22,040 nt of DNA from Chiloscyllium plagiosum (GCF_004010195.1 NC_057720.1:10544355-10566394), one strand, 5' to 3'. Shown: positions 1-11,588, numbered from the stretch's first letter. The notes: generated by a model not told the origin, from the letters alone. Numbers and translations are program-made.

Positions 1-580
1 AACTAGACTCTAACCTTATCTTATTGTAAAGGCAAATGTCAAGTGTCTTAAATGCAATATGACTGGTCAAACTACTCGACATTAAGCAATTATAAACACT
101 GTAGTTAAAATATAACCAAAGAAAGGGGAATTCAGAATAACTTAACTCTTTTGGAAACTTAGCAGAATAATAGACACAGTAGCTATAACTAATTAACTGT
201 TCCAATATAGTAACACCAAATAAACAGACCCCTTAGCAAAAAAGAAAACTCAGACAAATTCTCACATCTATTTCTCTAATCCGGAGGAAAAATATCACGA
301 GAACATTCAGGGAGAGTAACAGCCAAGAGACATTCACTGAAGCTTCCAATTCTTTTGAGACCCCAATATCTTCTGATGTTACTGACAAAACCAAATTCCA
401 GACATCTGGGTCTGTGAGAGCTGGCCATAGATATTCAAGCTGTTTTTTTAGAAACACACCAAGGCCTTCCAATCTGTTTACTCAGTCTTCAGTAGCAAAT
501 TTGGTACCTTTATCCTACAAGCTCATTTCAAAACAAAAACAGAGAGAAAAGAAACCTCTTAAAGTGACAGTATTGTCACA
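1..580 (-). mobile_element. Possible LTR of an LTR retrotransposon (runs off the window edge)
   Basis: Minus strand begins TGTGACAATACTGTCAC (TG start plus a short hairpin). Non-coding and compositionally similar to 3710-4360. The other end is not visible, so the assignment is by resemblance only. Confidence 0.35.
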
Positions 581-734
581 TGTGTGAGTGTGTATAAGGT
601 TGGGTGTGTTATGATGACAGTTCAGATGATGTGAGAAATAAATGGTCATCTGTTCTTTTGATTTAATCTAACAAGGTTTCGTGCATGTGCTTTGAAGTTA
701 CAAAGTGATGAAACACGGTATCTCTGAAGCTGCA

Positions 735-858
735 CTGAAAATGTGTTGCTAGAAAAGTGCAGCAGGCCAGGCAGCATCCAAGGAACAGGAGAATCGACGT
801 TTCGGGCATAAGCCCTTCTTCAGCTCTGATCTCCAGCATCTGCAGTCCTCACTTTCTC
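735..858 (-). mobile_element. Short non-autonomous Penelope-like terminal-repeat insertion with 15-bp TSD
   Basis: Homologous to the PLE end at about 19795-19885 and to the insertion at 12837-13043; flanked by ATCTCTGAAGCTGCA at 720-734 and 859-873. Confidence 0.8.
796..823 (-). ncRNA. Minimal type I hammerhead ribozyme core (PLE-associated)
   Basis: Minus strand reads CUGAAGA-A-GGGC-UUAU-GCCC-GAAA-CGUC. The upstream strand of stem I is altered by a junction. Confidence 0.6.
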
Positions 859-865
859 ATCTCTG

Positions 866-1434
866 AAGCTGCAATCAGCCAAGAAATTAGAAAAGAGAGA
901 AATTCTCCCACACTTCTCCCCATCTGTAACACTAAATATAATTATTCCACAGGACTTTATAGAAGTTTATAAAATCATGAAGGGTATAGATAGGATAAAT
1001 AGACAAATTCTTTTCCCTGGGATGGGGGAGTCTAGAACTAGAGGGTATAGGTTTAGGGGGAGAGGGGAAAGATATAAAAGAGACCTAAGGGGCAACTGTT
1101 TCACTCAGAGGGTGATATGTGAATGAAATGAGCTGCTAGAAGAAGTGGTGGAGGCGAGTACAATTGCAACATGTAAAAGTCACCTGGATGGGAATATGAA
1201 TAGGAAGGGGTTGGAGGGATATGGGACAGGTGCTGACAGGTGGGACTAGATTGGGTTGGGACATCTGGTTGGCATGGACGAGTTGGACCGAAGGGTCTGT
1301 TTCCATGCTGTACATCTCTATGACGTTATGACTCTATGACTCTAAGTTGCAATCAGCCAAGAGGTGAGAAAAGGGAGAAATTCTCCCACATCTCTCTCCA
1401 TCTCGAACACTAAACATAATTATTCCACAGGACT
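866..1434 (+). repeat. 91-bp direct repeat (866-956 and 1344-1434) flanking a CR1 fragment
   Basis: Ungapped manual alignment with about 11 mismatches in 91 bp. Confidence 0.9.
957..1343 (+). mobile_element. CR1 (HER1-like) LINE 3' fragment
   Basis: End of ORF2 (IEVYKIMKGIDRI), 3' UTR and an octamer tail (CTATGACT)n at about 1317-1343. Confidence 0.9.
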
Positions 1435-1640
1435 CCTATCATTCCCAAATTCCTAACTCATCCACAATAGCTCCACCTTTGCTGTCAGGTCATCAGCGAT
1501 GTTTAACTTTGCTTTCTGGCTCAGCCAATCAGAATCCCTTTATTGCTGCTCTTTTCTTTTCTTCCCTTATACATTTCCTCACCGTCTCACCGACTGGCCA
1601 CCAACCAGCTAAACAAGAAACATGGAATGGTGGAATTCTG

Positions 1641-1826
1641 AAACAGAAAGAGGAATTGCTGGAGAACCTCAGCAGGTCTGGCAGCATCTGCGGGGTGAGA
1701 AAATCAGAGTTAATGTTTCAGGTCCAGCTACACTTGGTCAGATTCTGAAACACAAATTCTGTTTCTGTTTCTGTCTCCACAGATGCTGCCAGATCTGCTA
1801 AAGTTCTCCAGCAATTCCTGTTTTAG
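1641..1826. mobile_element. Palindromic non-autonomous element, second PLE-terminus-like family
   Basis: Imperfect inverted arms at about 1651-1693 and 1777-1819 (AGGAATTGCTGGAGAAC...GGCAGCATCTG). Confidence 0.7.
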
Positions 1827-2271
1827 TCTCAATCATCTAATCCCTCCATTCATGGTTGAAGTTTCCTTTTGATGCATATTTCCATTTGTGATCCTTGTTG
1901 ATATTCTTCTATTAAAGGAGCCAATTGGATTTATGTTGTTGATGATAGTAGTGTGGAAGTTGAATGGTATTGTTGTTTTCAGAAAACTTTCTCTGTGAGA
2001 ATCGACTTCAAACAGCAATGTTGCCCCAGGGCCATTTTTCATGAATTTCTAATTAATGGTGTCAGCCTCTCCAAGAGAACACTATTCTAATTACACGATA
2101 TATTGTTTTTTTACAAAGCAACAGAGCAGAATAATAATTTTTAAATCAATTACACAGAATGGAAGAGCACTCAGAATTGCCCAAGTTCCAAAAAATAAGA
2201 TATAAAGATGGGTGAGAACCAAAACTTATGTCACCTGGGCTGTGTCTGTCATATCATTTCAGTTTAAACAG

Positions 2272-2605
2272 AGAAACACAGAAAATAGGAGCAGGAGTTG
2301 ACCATTCGTTCCTTCCAGTGTACTCCACCGTTCAATGTGATCATGGCAAAACATCCAACTTAGTACCTGGTCCCTGCTTTCTCTCCCATACCCTTTAGCC
2401 ATGAGAACCATATCCAACTCTTTGGAAACATTCAATGTTTTGTTCAAACCACTTTCTTTGGCAGAGAGTTCCACAGGCTGACTATGCTGGGTGAAGGAAT
2501 TTCTCTTTATACCAGTCCTTAAAGGCCCACCCTGTTTCTCTGGACTGTGACCCTGGTTCTGGACTCCCTAGTTGTCAGGAACATCCTTCCCCCATTTATC
2601 CATGC
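2272..2605 (-). mobile_element. CR1 LINE 3' UTR fragment (older subfamily)
   Basis: Reverse-complement CR1 3' end pattern (AATAGGAGCAGGAGT..CCATTC...GAGTTCCACAG...TGAAGGAATTTCTC), similar to other CR1 ends in the window. Confidence 0.75.
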
Positions 2606-2838
2606 AGCTTCCTATCTCTTCCAAGCCAATAATGAGGAAAGGTGCCCAACAACATTGGCAGAAAGGCTGTGAAATCTATGGAAAATAGCATGAATATTGG
2701 AGAAATACCATGGACATTCATGGACTACAACCCCTCAGCACCAAATCTTTATATAATACAGTGTAATCTGAGTGTTTGAATAATTAGACTAATTAATTGC
2801 ATGCTGCCTGCTCATTCCTCCAGTAAGGACATTCAACA

Positions 2839-3213
2839 TCACAAAGAAGTTCTATTTTTGCATTTTTTCTGAACCAGGTAATCAATGATCAAATACGCAA
2901 GGATTGCAACAACTATCGGAATCCAAATGACCTCCAATACACTACTGCATTTTGGGTGCTTAAGCAGAGATGCAATTACAAACCTTGGCCACATTAGACA
3001 TTTCGGATGACTGTTCCTGTTTATCGTAGGTGCAGAGGGAGAAGTAGAGTGTTGTCCTGTTTTGCAGTTCCGTGTTTTCGGGAACAAATGTGAATGTTTC
3101 CCTTGAGCCAAATGGATGTGGATTCAAGTTGGTGAGGTTAACCAGGGCAGCTGCTGTGAAATTATCCCGTAGCTGGAGGGGGTGGTCACCCATTCTCACC
3201 TCATAGCGGGATG
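2839..3213 (-). CDS. CLCA: CLCA last coding exon (SRYEVRM...LRDNF...SEMSNVAKV); entry frame stops at 2960-2962, TM-like tail lies in a shifted frame ending at 2839
   Basis: Acceptor ccttttgatag|CA. FnIII motifs are in ORF 2960..3220; hydrophobic VLEVIWIPIVVAILAYLIIDYLV followed by QKKCKNR is in ORF 2839..3111. Confidence 0.85.
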
Positions 3214-3709
3214 CTATCAAAAGGAGAAATGAAAGAAGAGAGAAAAGAAATTAATGTGTTCACATCTAAACATAACAACGATGACTTTCTAAACTGAGGT
3301 AAAGGGTGGAACCTGGGGTAAACAACAGGGTCTTGGTTTGTGGCAGGATAGCAGAGCAACCCATGCTTCATCTCATTTTGGGAAAGTGTGCCACATGTTG
3401 TGCCAGTCAGGCACTGGGCAGGTCTGTTGTGAGCCAAGATTGGGGAGTATTTTGTTTGGGGATGGGGGGAGGTTAGTGTTGGAAAAGACCCACCTACTGA
3501 GAGCTGCTGGCCAATTCATCCATGTTCCTCAGTGACACTTGGGAACCATTGGCTGCTGCTGGCACTGCATACACCTGAGGGCCAATGAAGGACTCAGGTA
3601 AGTGATGGCAGGAAGTGGGTTGCTGGATGTTGGGTTGTTGGGTGGGGGAACTGGGAGGTTCTACATCAAGCTGGGGGAGTGTGGGGTGCAATGGGAAGGG
3701 TGGTTGCTA

Positions 3710-4360
3710 GTTCTCACAAAGTTAGTCCCTTTTTTTCTAAAAGCTGTTCCTTAGCTAAAGGAGACTCTGTCCTTATGTTTTTCAGAGGGGCAATAAACCT
3801 AGCCGGGCTCTGATCAGTCTGGTTTGGTACAGAGGTGAAAAGGATTTTGAGAGGTCTTTTATTTTTATGTAAACAGATGAGAGTTCAGGCCAAAGTGGTC
3901 ATGTTTTAGAAGTGACCTGTGCAACGAAAGGGGTTTGGTCAGCTCTTTAGCTGATCTGAGCTGAGTAGTTTTAGTTCAGTCCTGAACTGGGAAGTTTTAC
4001 AGGGAGCCGTGTGGAAACTCTTATCTCTCTTCTGTCCTTCAGCTTCAACCTGTAAGCATATTTTCCATTTATATTGGATTTAAAGGGAATTTGCTTATTG
4101 AGACTGTTGTGTATATTCAGAACAGCATAATTAAGTCTAGTTGGATAGATTGAGTTCTGTAGGTGCTTTTTATTCTGTTCTTTGTGTTTCATTGTGCTAT
4201 ATTGTGAGTAATTTTTTGTCTGTTTTAAAATCTAGTAGTCAACCTAGCTAACTGAATCTGGGTAATATTCACTGTACACTTACTGAAACAAATTGCAAAG
4301 TTATGGTCTGGGGCTGCCTGCTTAAGAATGTTTGAGTGTTCTGGCTTCGTCTGTAACGCA
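3710..4360 (+). mobile_element. Possible solo LTR or other interspersed repeat
   Basis: About 650-bp T/G-rich non-coding block ending GTCTGTAACGCA. No clear TG start or TSD found; boundaries approximate. Confidence 0.3.
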
Positions 4361-4699
4361 GTGAACAGCACCCCACCAAACCCACCCCCCCACCCATCAT
4401 AACCCCTTAATGCTGTGTCCATTTCAGTATCATTGAAAGAGGGAACCTTTCTACAAAGTTCCAAAATAATACGCCAGGCTTTGCTTCTTGTGCCCTCTGC
4501 AAAGGGGTCCCTCCCCCACCACTGGATTAATGCTAGCAGCAGCAGGATGTAGTTGTAAGTGGGTATTGCCAACTTAAGGGGCTCAAACAGTGGAATACCA
4601 TCCATGGAGAGCTTTACCATTCATGGGAAAACAGCGCATTGTTACATTATAACACAAACATCACAATTTATTGATCAAAGCGGAACACAAGCAATCAAT

Positions 4700-5034
4700 G
4701 AATCATCATAGAATCCCTACATTGTGGAAAAAGGCCCGTCAGCCCAGCAAGCCCACACCGACCCTCCGAAAAGTATCTCCCCCAGACCCATTCCTCTGTA
4801 TTTACTACTATCTAATGCACCTAACCCACCCTGAACATAATTGGCAAATTAGCATGGCCAATTCACCTTTACAGCAAATCTTTGGCTTGTGGGAGGAAAC
4901 CAGAGCACTCAGACGAAACCCATACAGACACGGAGAATGCGCAGACTCCACACAGACATCGCCCGAGGCTGGAATCAAACCCGGGTCCCAGGCACTGTGA
5001 GGCAGCAGTGTTTACCACTAAACTACTGTGCCAC
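4700..5034 (-). mobile_element. tRNA-derived V-SINE (HE1-like)
   Basis: Minus-strand head GTGGCACAGTAGTTTAGTGGT...GGTTTGATTCC (A/B-box-like), V-domain-like core (TGTGTGGAGTCTGCGCATTCTCCGTGTCTG) and a CR1-like tail ending (ATTCTATG). Confidence 0.88.
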
Positions 5035-5197
5035 ATCTAAATTCACAGTTTCACTAAGACTTGGTTTGGTTTCTCTCTTCCTCTGGTGGGTGCATTTTAA
5101 ATATCTCCTCTGTTAATCAGCATTCACCAACGATCTATTTAATTCAGTCCCACAAAGAAAATATCCACATAAATAACCAATGTTTAGCAACAATTAC

Positions 5198-5425
5198 TTG
5201 CTCCCTCATCATAGTCCTCTCCTGGTGCAGTCCATTCCAATACAACTTTATTTTGAGCTAATGTTGCTTGAAGGTCTGTGATTTTACACGGTGGAATGTC
5301 AACATTGAGTGTCCCTTCGGCAACTGAAATGGTACCTCCTGATTTGACCCTTTTGAAATCTCCGATGACAGCCTCAAGATCATCCACATTGACTGAAGGT
5401 CTTGGTGGATTTACTTGAATTTTGC
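5198..5425 (-). CDS. CLCA: CLCA exon, start of FnIII-like domain (GKIQVNPPRP...PPCKITDLQA...WTAPGEDYDEGA), 228 bp, phase 1-1
   Basis: Acceptor catgtag|GC and donor GCAA|gtaatt; conserved NPPRP, PPCKITDL and WTAPG-D-D motifs. Confidence 0.95.
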
Positions 5426-5624
5426 CTACATGATGAGGAAGACACATATCTTAATTAGACCCAGACCACACAGACTTAATGAGCATGACCATTTCATGAA
5501 AAGTCTTTATCTGCAGAACTTGCCTAGAATTCCCCACAGGACATGTTTCTGGCCTTGGCTACATGGTGTGGGGAAATAGGTGTGCAGAAACTCATACAAA
5601 CACAGAGAAACACAGGGAGAAACA

Positions 5625-5762
5625 CAGGAACTCTTGCAGTATCCGTGGAGAGAGAAACAGAATTAATGTTTCGAGTCTGATATCAGACATGAAACATAAG
5701 TCTTTTTCTGTCTCCACAGATATGACCAGACCGGCTGTATTTCACCTGCACTTTGGCTTTTA
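5625..5762. mobile_element. Degenerate copy of the 1641-1826 palindromic element
   Basis: GTGGAGAGAGAAACAGAATTAATGTTTC ... GAAACATAAGTCTTTTTCTGTCTCCAC inverted arms. Confidence 0.6.
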
Positions 5763-5910
5763 ATTCCAAAGCTTATAACCTTCTCTGTGAAGAAATTTTG
5801 CTTCAACCCAGTCCTAAATGGCCAATAACCCATCCTGAGCCAATGATCTGTACTTGTAGATTTCCTGACCAAGGGAATTATCTCCCCAGCACCAACACTA
5901 TCAAGCAGCA
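5763..5910 (-). mobile_element. CR1 LINE 3' fragment, degenerate
   Basis: Similar to 2465-2600 (TTCCA...GTGAAGAAATTT...CAGTCCTAAATGGCC). Confidence 0.55.
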
Positions 5911-6494
5911 TGATCTAATGCGTGGTTAACCCCAGTACAGTTAAGGTGACATTTCTCTTTCCAGAGCAGCTTCCTGACCTGCAGTAGGGTTCTGGTATTT
6001 TCTGGTTTTACTTCTGCCTCTTGTTTTAATTTTAATTTTTCCTCTTTGAGTTAGTTTCTTCTTGTTCAAACTGTTGTTTCTCTCTGCCCATGTATTTTCT
6101 CTTTTTATCATCTTGTTTTATTCTGAGTCTTTTGTCAAACAGTTTTGTTCAAACTCTCTTCTCTCCTCTGGTTTTGGTCTGAAATTTAGTAATGATTAAT
6201 GTTTTGCTGATTGGACCACCTCCTTGTAAAAGGAACAAACACATGAACATCATGCATTGTTCTGTGGGGCAAATGCAGCATGAGGAAAAGGTTTTCATAA
6301 TGCAGTAAATGTTTAGGTGGATTGTATTGTTTAAGAACCTTTAAACAAATATGATACCTAAGATGTTGTAATGGAAGGTGTGTAATTTATATATATATTC
6401 TATGTTTGTATATACACATACATAATAACTTTAATACTCGTTTAGATGGACAGAACTTGAGTAATGGGAGAAAAAAAGCAGATTGAATGTATGG

Positions 6495-7090
6495 ATAGGC
6501 AAGTTATGCGACAGTTTTATTGAACTTTAGTCAAGCTGCCCTTCGAATATTGTGTACAGTTCTGGTCACCACATACCCGGAAGGATGTGGATGTTTTAGA
6601 GAGCATACAGAAAAGGTTTACCAGGACATTGTCTGGTATGGGAGATTTTAGCAATGAAAAAAGGTTGGATTGACTGGGTTTGTTTTCATTGGAATGCAAG
6701 AGGTTGAGGGGTGCCTTATAGAAGTTTGTGAGATTGTGAATGGCATGGAGAGAATGGAAGTTTGAGGCTTTTTCCCAGGGTAATAGGGGGTAAGTACGAG
6801 GTTGACGGTGTGGGGTGGGGGGAAGTTTAAGACAGATGTGTGAAGCAAGTTTTTCACACAAAAGGGTGGTGAGTGCTTGCAACGGAATACCAGGGGAGGT
6901 GGTGGAAGCAGACACAGTAGCAGCATTTAAGAAGCACCTGGACAAATACATAAATAGGAAGGGAATAAGAGGAATATGGATCATGTAGGTGACAACGGTT
7001 TTACTATGTGAGGGTGAGATGTGTCAGTGCAGGCTTGCAGGATTGAAGGACCTGGACCTGTGCTGTATTGTTCGATGTTCTTCTGTTTCT
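6495..7090 (+). mobile_element. CR1 LINE 3' fragment
   Basis: Degenerate ORF2 C-terminus (LVKLPFEYCVQFWSPHTRKDVDVLESIQKRFTR) followed by 3' UTR and a TGTTC-type tail. Confidence 0.9.
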
Positions 7091-8790
7091 CATCTTGTAT
7101 CTGGCACAAGAATTCCAAATCAAGGGGATTTCAATATTTATATCACATCAGGGGAGACTGCCAGTTGGTTGGCAAGTGGTCTCTGATTAGTAGAGGCATC
7201 GCCAGGGAAAATATATTCATTAATATTGATTGACAGCTAACAGTCAAATTTGTTAAATTTTTAACCAAGTGGGTTGTTTCTAATTGGTCAGGCCCTGAGA
7301 AATTAACCAGTGGCCGACTGTCACGTACTTGATGAGTTGCAGTAGGAACAGAGCGTGTACATGTAATTTCTGTCTGTCAAGGGCCTGGTGTGTTATTACA
7401 TGGAACTTCCAGCCCACACAAGGGCACCACACTGTGAGCCTGACGGACTACCTTAAACCGATTGTCGGCATAATTCCTCACACTCTTATCCAGCAAATGT
7501 AGTCCAATTGCAAACTCACATCTAATATCAGACACTGTGTTTTTGGTTTGATGTCACTATCTTTTTGTTGGTGAACACTATTTGTGTTATTACTGCACAG
7601 TAAGAAAGGGAAACAGACTTGTCTCGTGGGCCCATCAGCTTCAATAGAGTTAGGGTTAGATCAGTTAGTTTTAATTTTGAATCGTAATGTATGAAGAACT
7701 TACAATGATGTGTGTCCAAGGATCAACACATAATTATCCAATGGAATAATTTAGGTGGCATTATGAAATTATTTTACATTGAGTTAGAGTTACTGGTGGG
7801 AATTTGAGGAGGCAACAGCGATCTCAACTATTGTCATAAGCATATGTGACCCCAGTGCCACATCTTTTCAAGAATACTCAGTGTATCTTGCACAAATTGG
7901 GCATTAACCAAGCCAGCCTTGGTCCAGGATGAAGGACCCTGTGAGGGGTGGAGAGGAGTGTGAGGATGGAGCTGCCAGCCAATCAGAGCGGAGTTGCTCT
8001 TCTTGATTCAGCAGTGCCAGGAGTTAGGTGGTAGCTGTTGCCGGTATGACACATAAACGAGGCTTTGAATAAACAATGAACCCAGGAAGAAAGGTGAATG
8101 ACGGTGGAAAAGGAGGAAGGACGGTAACTGGGTGGGGAGAGTTGGCAGGAAGTGGAGAAAGATTGGCTGTCAGTAGGCTATCCCCATCGTAACATTTAGC
8201 CCCTTGTTCAGGCACCAAGTGATTTTGAAAGAGGGCCTGTCTCCAGATGCTTGAAAGTAAACCCACGAGGGTTTGCATGGTGGCTTCCCCACGTGGTGGG
8301 TATTCTGTCCATCTTTCTATTTAACACCAATGGTGGTGGGACATTGCCCTTGAGTGAACATCAAGGCCGCAAGAGCACCATTGAAATGCCATCCTGCCAT
8401 GGATTTACCAGGCTGGAGGTGAGAAGGTGGTGGCAGAAAGTCCTCCTGGGGGAAGGCACAAGATTTTGACCATTGTGTTAAAACACAGTGAAGAACAACA
8501 TCCAACAGTAGAAGGCAATCTTTTATCACAGTAAGGAAGGGGTCAGTAAACTCATTCGTGTTTACATTTCCCATCCCCCATTGCCCAACACCATTATTTG
8601 GTTTTTCATGGAATGTAAAGGCTGGGAGAATCTTCTGCAATGAATGCTACGTAAGTTTAGGCATTATGTAAAGTGACATTCCTGCCAAAGTAGAAAGCAA
8701 AACAGATAGCACCCAAAGGATGTGGAGAGCTCACAACTCAGTGGTTTACTACAACATAAACCCATACGCCATTTCCAAGACATCCCTGCG

Positions 8791-11405
8791 CATGAGAGTC
8801 ATTGCGTCCTACAGAACAGAGACAGGCCCTTTGGCCCAAACTGCTCCGTGACAACCAAAATGTCCATTCACGTCAACCCTGCACTTGGCCCATATTTTTC
8901 TAAACCTTTCTTATCCATGTATTTGTCCCAATGCCTTTTAAATGTTGTTAATGTACCTGCCTCAACCACTTCTGCTGGCAGCTTATTCCATATGCATACC
9001 ACTCGCTACGTAAAAACTTTGCCCCACAGGTTCCCTTTTATTCATCACCTCTAAACGTAAACTGATGCCCTCTAGTGCTCATTACCCCAACCCTGGAAAA
9101 AAGACTGAGTAAATTCACCCTAACTGCGCCTATAAGATCCCCTTTCAGTCTCATACACTCGAAAGAAAAAAGTCCTAGCTTGTCCAATCTCTCCCTATAA
9201 CTCAGACCGTTGAGTCCTGGCAACATCCTTGTAAACTTCTTCTGCACTCTTTCCAGTTTAATAACATTCTTCCTGTAGCAAGGTGATCAAAACTGAACAC
9301 CAGACTCCAAGTGCTGGCTCACCAGCGTCCTGTACAGCTGCAATTTCCCAATGTTTATATTCAGTGCCCTGACCGATGAAGGCCAGTGTGCCAAAAGACT
9401 TCTTCACTACCCTGTCTACCTGTGACTCCACTTTCAGAGAACGTGCACCTGATTCCAAGGTCCCCCTGTTCCACTACACTCCTTAAGGCCCTACCATTCA
9501 CCATGAAACTCCTCCCTTGATTTGACTTCCCAAAATGCAAGACCTCACACTTATCTACATTGAGTCCATTTGCCATTTCTCGGCCCACTTCCCCCAATGA
9601 TCAAGGTCCTGCTGCAGTATCTGATACCATTCCTTACCATACATGATACTTCCTGTTTTAGTGTCATCTGCAAACTTACTGATCATTCCTTGGACATTTT
9701 CATCCGAATCACTGATATAGATAACAAGCAGCAATGGGCCCAGTACTGACCCCTGAGGCACTCGACTAATCACAGGCCTCCAGTCTGACAAGCACCCTTT
9801 CACTATGACTCTCTGCTTCCAACCATCAAGCCAGTTGTGTATCCAACTTGCCAGTTTCCACTTGATTCCATTTGATAACCGACCAGTGCAGCCTACCATG
9901 TGGAACTTTTTCAAAGGCTTTACTTAAATCCATATAGACTACATCTAACGCCCTGCCCTCGTCAACATTCCTGGTCACTTTATCAAAGAATTCTAACAAA
10001 TTTGTGAGGCATGATCTCCCACACAAAAAGGCATGCTGACTTACCAAACCCTGTCTTTCCAAATGCAGGTACATCTTATCTCTCAGAATCTTCTCAAGTA
10101 ACTTACCCACCACAGATATTAAGTTCACTGGTCTATAGTTCCCATGATTTTCTTTGCAGCCCTTCTTGAATAATGGCACTACCCTCCAGTCTTCTGGGAC
10201 CTTGCCTGTGGCTAACGATGATGCAAAACAATCTGCCAGGGTCCCTGCAATTTCTTCTCCAGCCTCTTGCAATGTTCTTGGATATATCTGGTAAGGACCA
10301 GGAGACTTATCCATTTTTGTACATTCTAATCCATCCAACTCTTCCTCTACTGTGATATGAGTTGTCCCCAAGATGTGACCACTAACTTCCCCAAGTTCCC
10401 AAGTCTTCATGTCTTTCTCCATGGTAAACACAGAGGAGAAATATTCATTGAGGACTTTGCCCATCTCCTGAGGTTCTACACATACATGTCCACTTTGGTC
10501 TTCAAGGGGCCCTGTTCTCTCTCTAGTTATTCTTTTTCCTTTTGTAGGCTGAAATAACTTCTTTGGATTCACCTTAATTTTCTCAGCCAAGCTTATCTCA
10601 TGGCCCCTTTTTTCTGTTCCCATTTCCTTCTTCAGTAAACTCTTGGATCCACTATATACCTCCAGAGATTCCCTTGATCCCAGTTGCCCGTACCTGAGCC
10701 ATACCTCCTCCTTTTTTCTGGTCAAAGCTTCAATATTTCTTGTCATCCAGGGTTCCCTATTCCTGTCAATCTTGCCTTTCACTCTTCCAGGAATGTGTAG
10801 ACTTTGAACTCTAGCTATCTCAGTTTTAAAGGCCTCCCACATCCCGGAGATCCCGTTGCCTGGAAACAAACTACTTAAACCAACCCCTGCAAGCTCCTGT
10901 CTAATTCCATCAAAATTTGCCTTGCTCTCATTTAGAACTTAAAACTGTCGACCAGTTTTGTCCCCCTCCACAACAATTTTAAAATTAATAGAACTACGGT
11001 CACTGGTCCCAAAGTGCTCCCGCACTGTCACCTCAGTCACCTGTCCTGCCCTATTTCCCAAGAGTAGGTCAAGTTTTACCCCTTCCGAGTATGACCCTCC
11101 ATATACTGTTTGAGGAAATGCACTTTCCTGAACACACTTAACAAATTCCAACCCATCTAAGCCCTTAATGTTATGGCAGTCCCAGTCTATGTTGGGAAGA
11201 TTAAAATCCTCTACTATGACAAGCCTATTTCTCCTGCGAGTCTCCCCAGTCTCCCTGCATATTTGTTCCTCTAATTCCCATTGACTATTTGGGGGCCTAT
11301 AGTACTACTACAGTAACGTCACCACCCGCTTCTTATTTCTTAGCTCCACCCACAAAGCCTCACCGGACGATTCTTCAGTTATTTCATTTCTGATTCTTGC
11401 TGTTG
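8791..11405 (-). mobile_element. 5'-truncated CR1 LINE, about 2.6 kb, decayed ORF2 (APE endonuclease C-terminal part plus reverse transcriptase)
   Basis: EALWVELRNKK, YYRPP, LDLLL, GTSDR, KSPGP, NYRPVNL, YMDLSKAFEKVPH, VPQGSVLGP, KFADDTK, KCEVLHFG; 3' tail near 8791; several frameshifts and stops. The 5' boundary is approximate. Confidence 0.96.
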
Positions 11406-11420
11406 CCAAATATTGTTTAC

Positions 11421-11588
11421 CATTTTCTGTGTATCCCGGTATGTAAAAGGAATGTCCTCCTGTTCGGATTGTTGCCTTTGCCTTCCCTTCCTTTCCCTGC
11501 ACACGTACTTTAAAGTTGCATCTTCCAATTTCAGAATATTTTGAGAAATACTTTGTGTAAATACCATCATTCTTGAAAACATCAGCAC
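11421..11588 (-). CDS. CLCA: CLCA exon (GADVFKNDGIYTKYFSKY...GHSFYIPGYTEN), 168 bp, phase 1-1
   Basis: Acceptor cctttag|GT and donor AATG|gtaaac; hallmark GAD..KNDGIY.xYF and YIPG motifs. Confidence 0.95.

Noticed and set aside
4225..4620. 131-aa ORF and other 60-110 aa ORFs in introns (for example 8024-8640)
   Set aside because: No recognisable motifs and no place in the CLCA exon order; consistent with chance ORFs.
4960..5034. tRNA-like sequence with A/B boxes
   Set aside because: It is the head of a SINE, continuous with the V-domain core and a LINE-like tail; no convincing cloverleaf.
9555..10869. 347-aa and 119-aa RT-like ORFs as an active or domesticated reverse transcriptase
   Set aside because: They are frameshifted pieces of a 5'-truncated CR1 ORF2 with stops elsewhere in the element.
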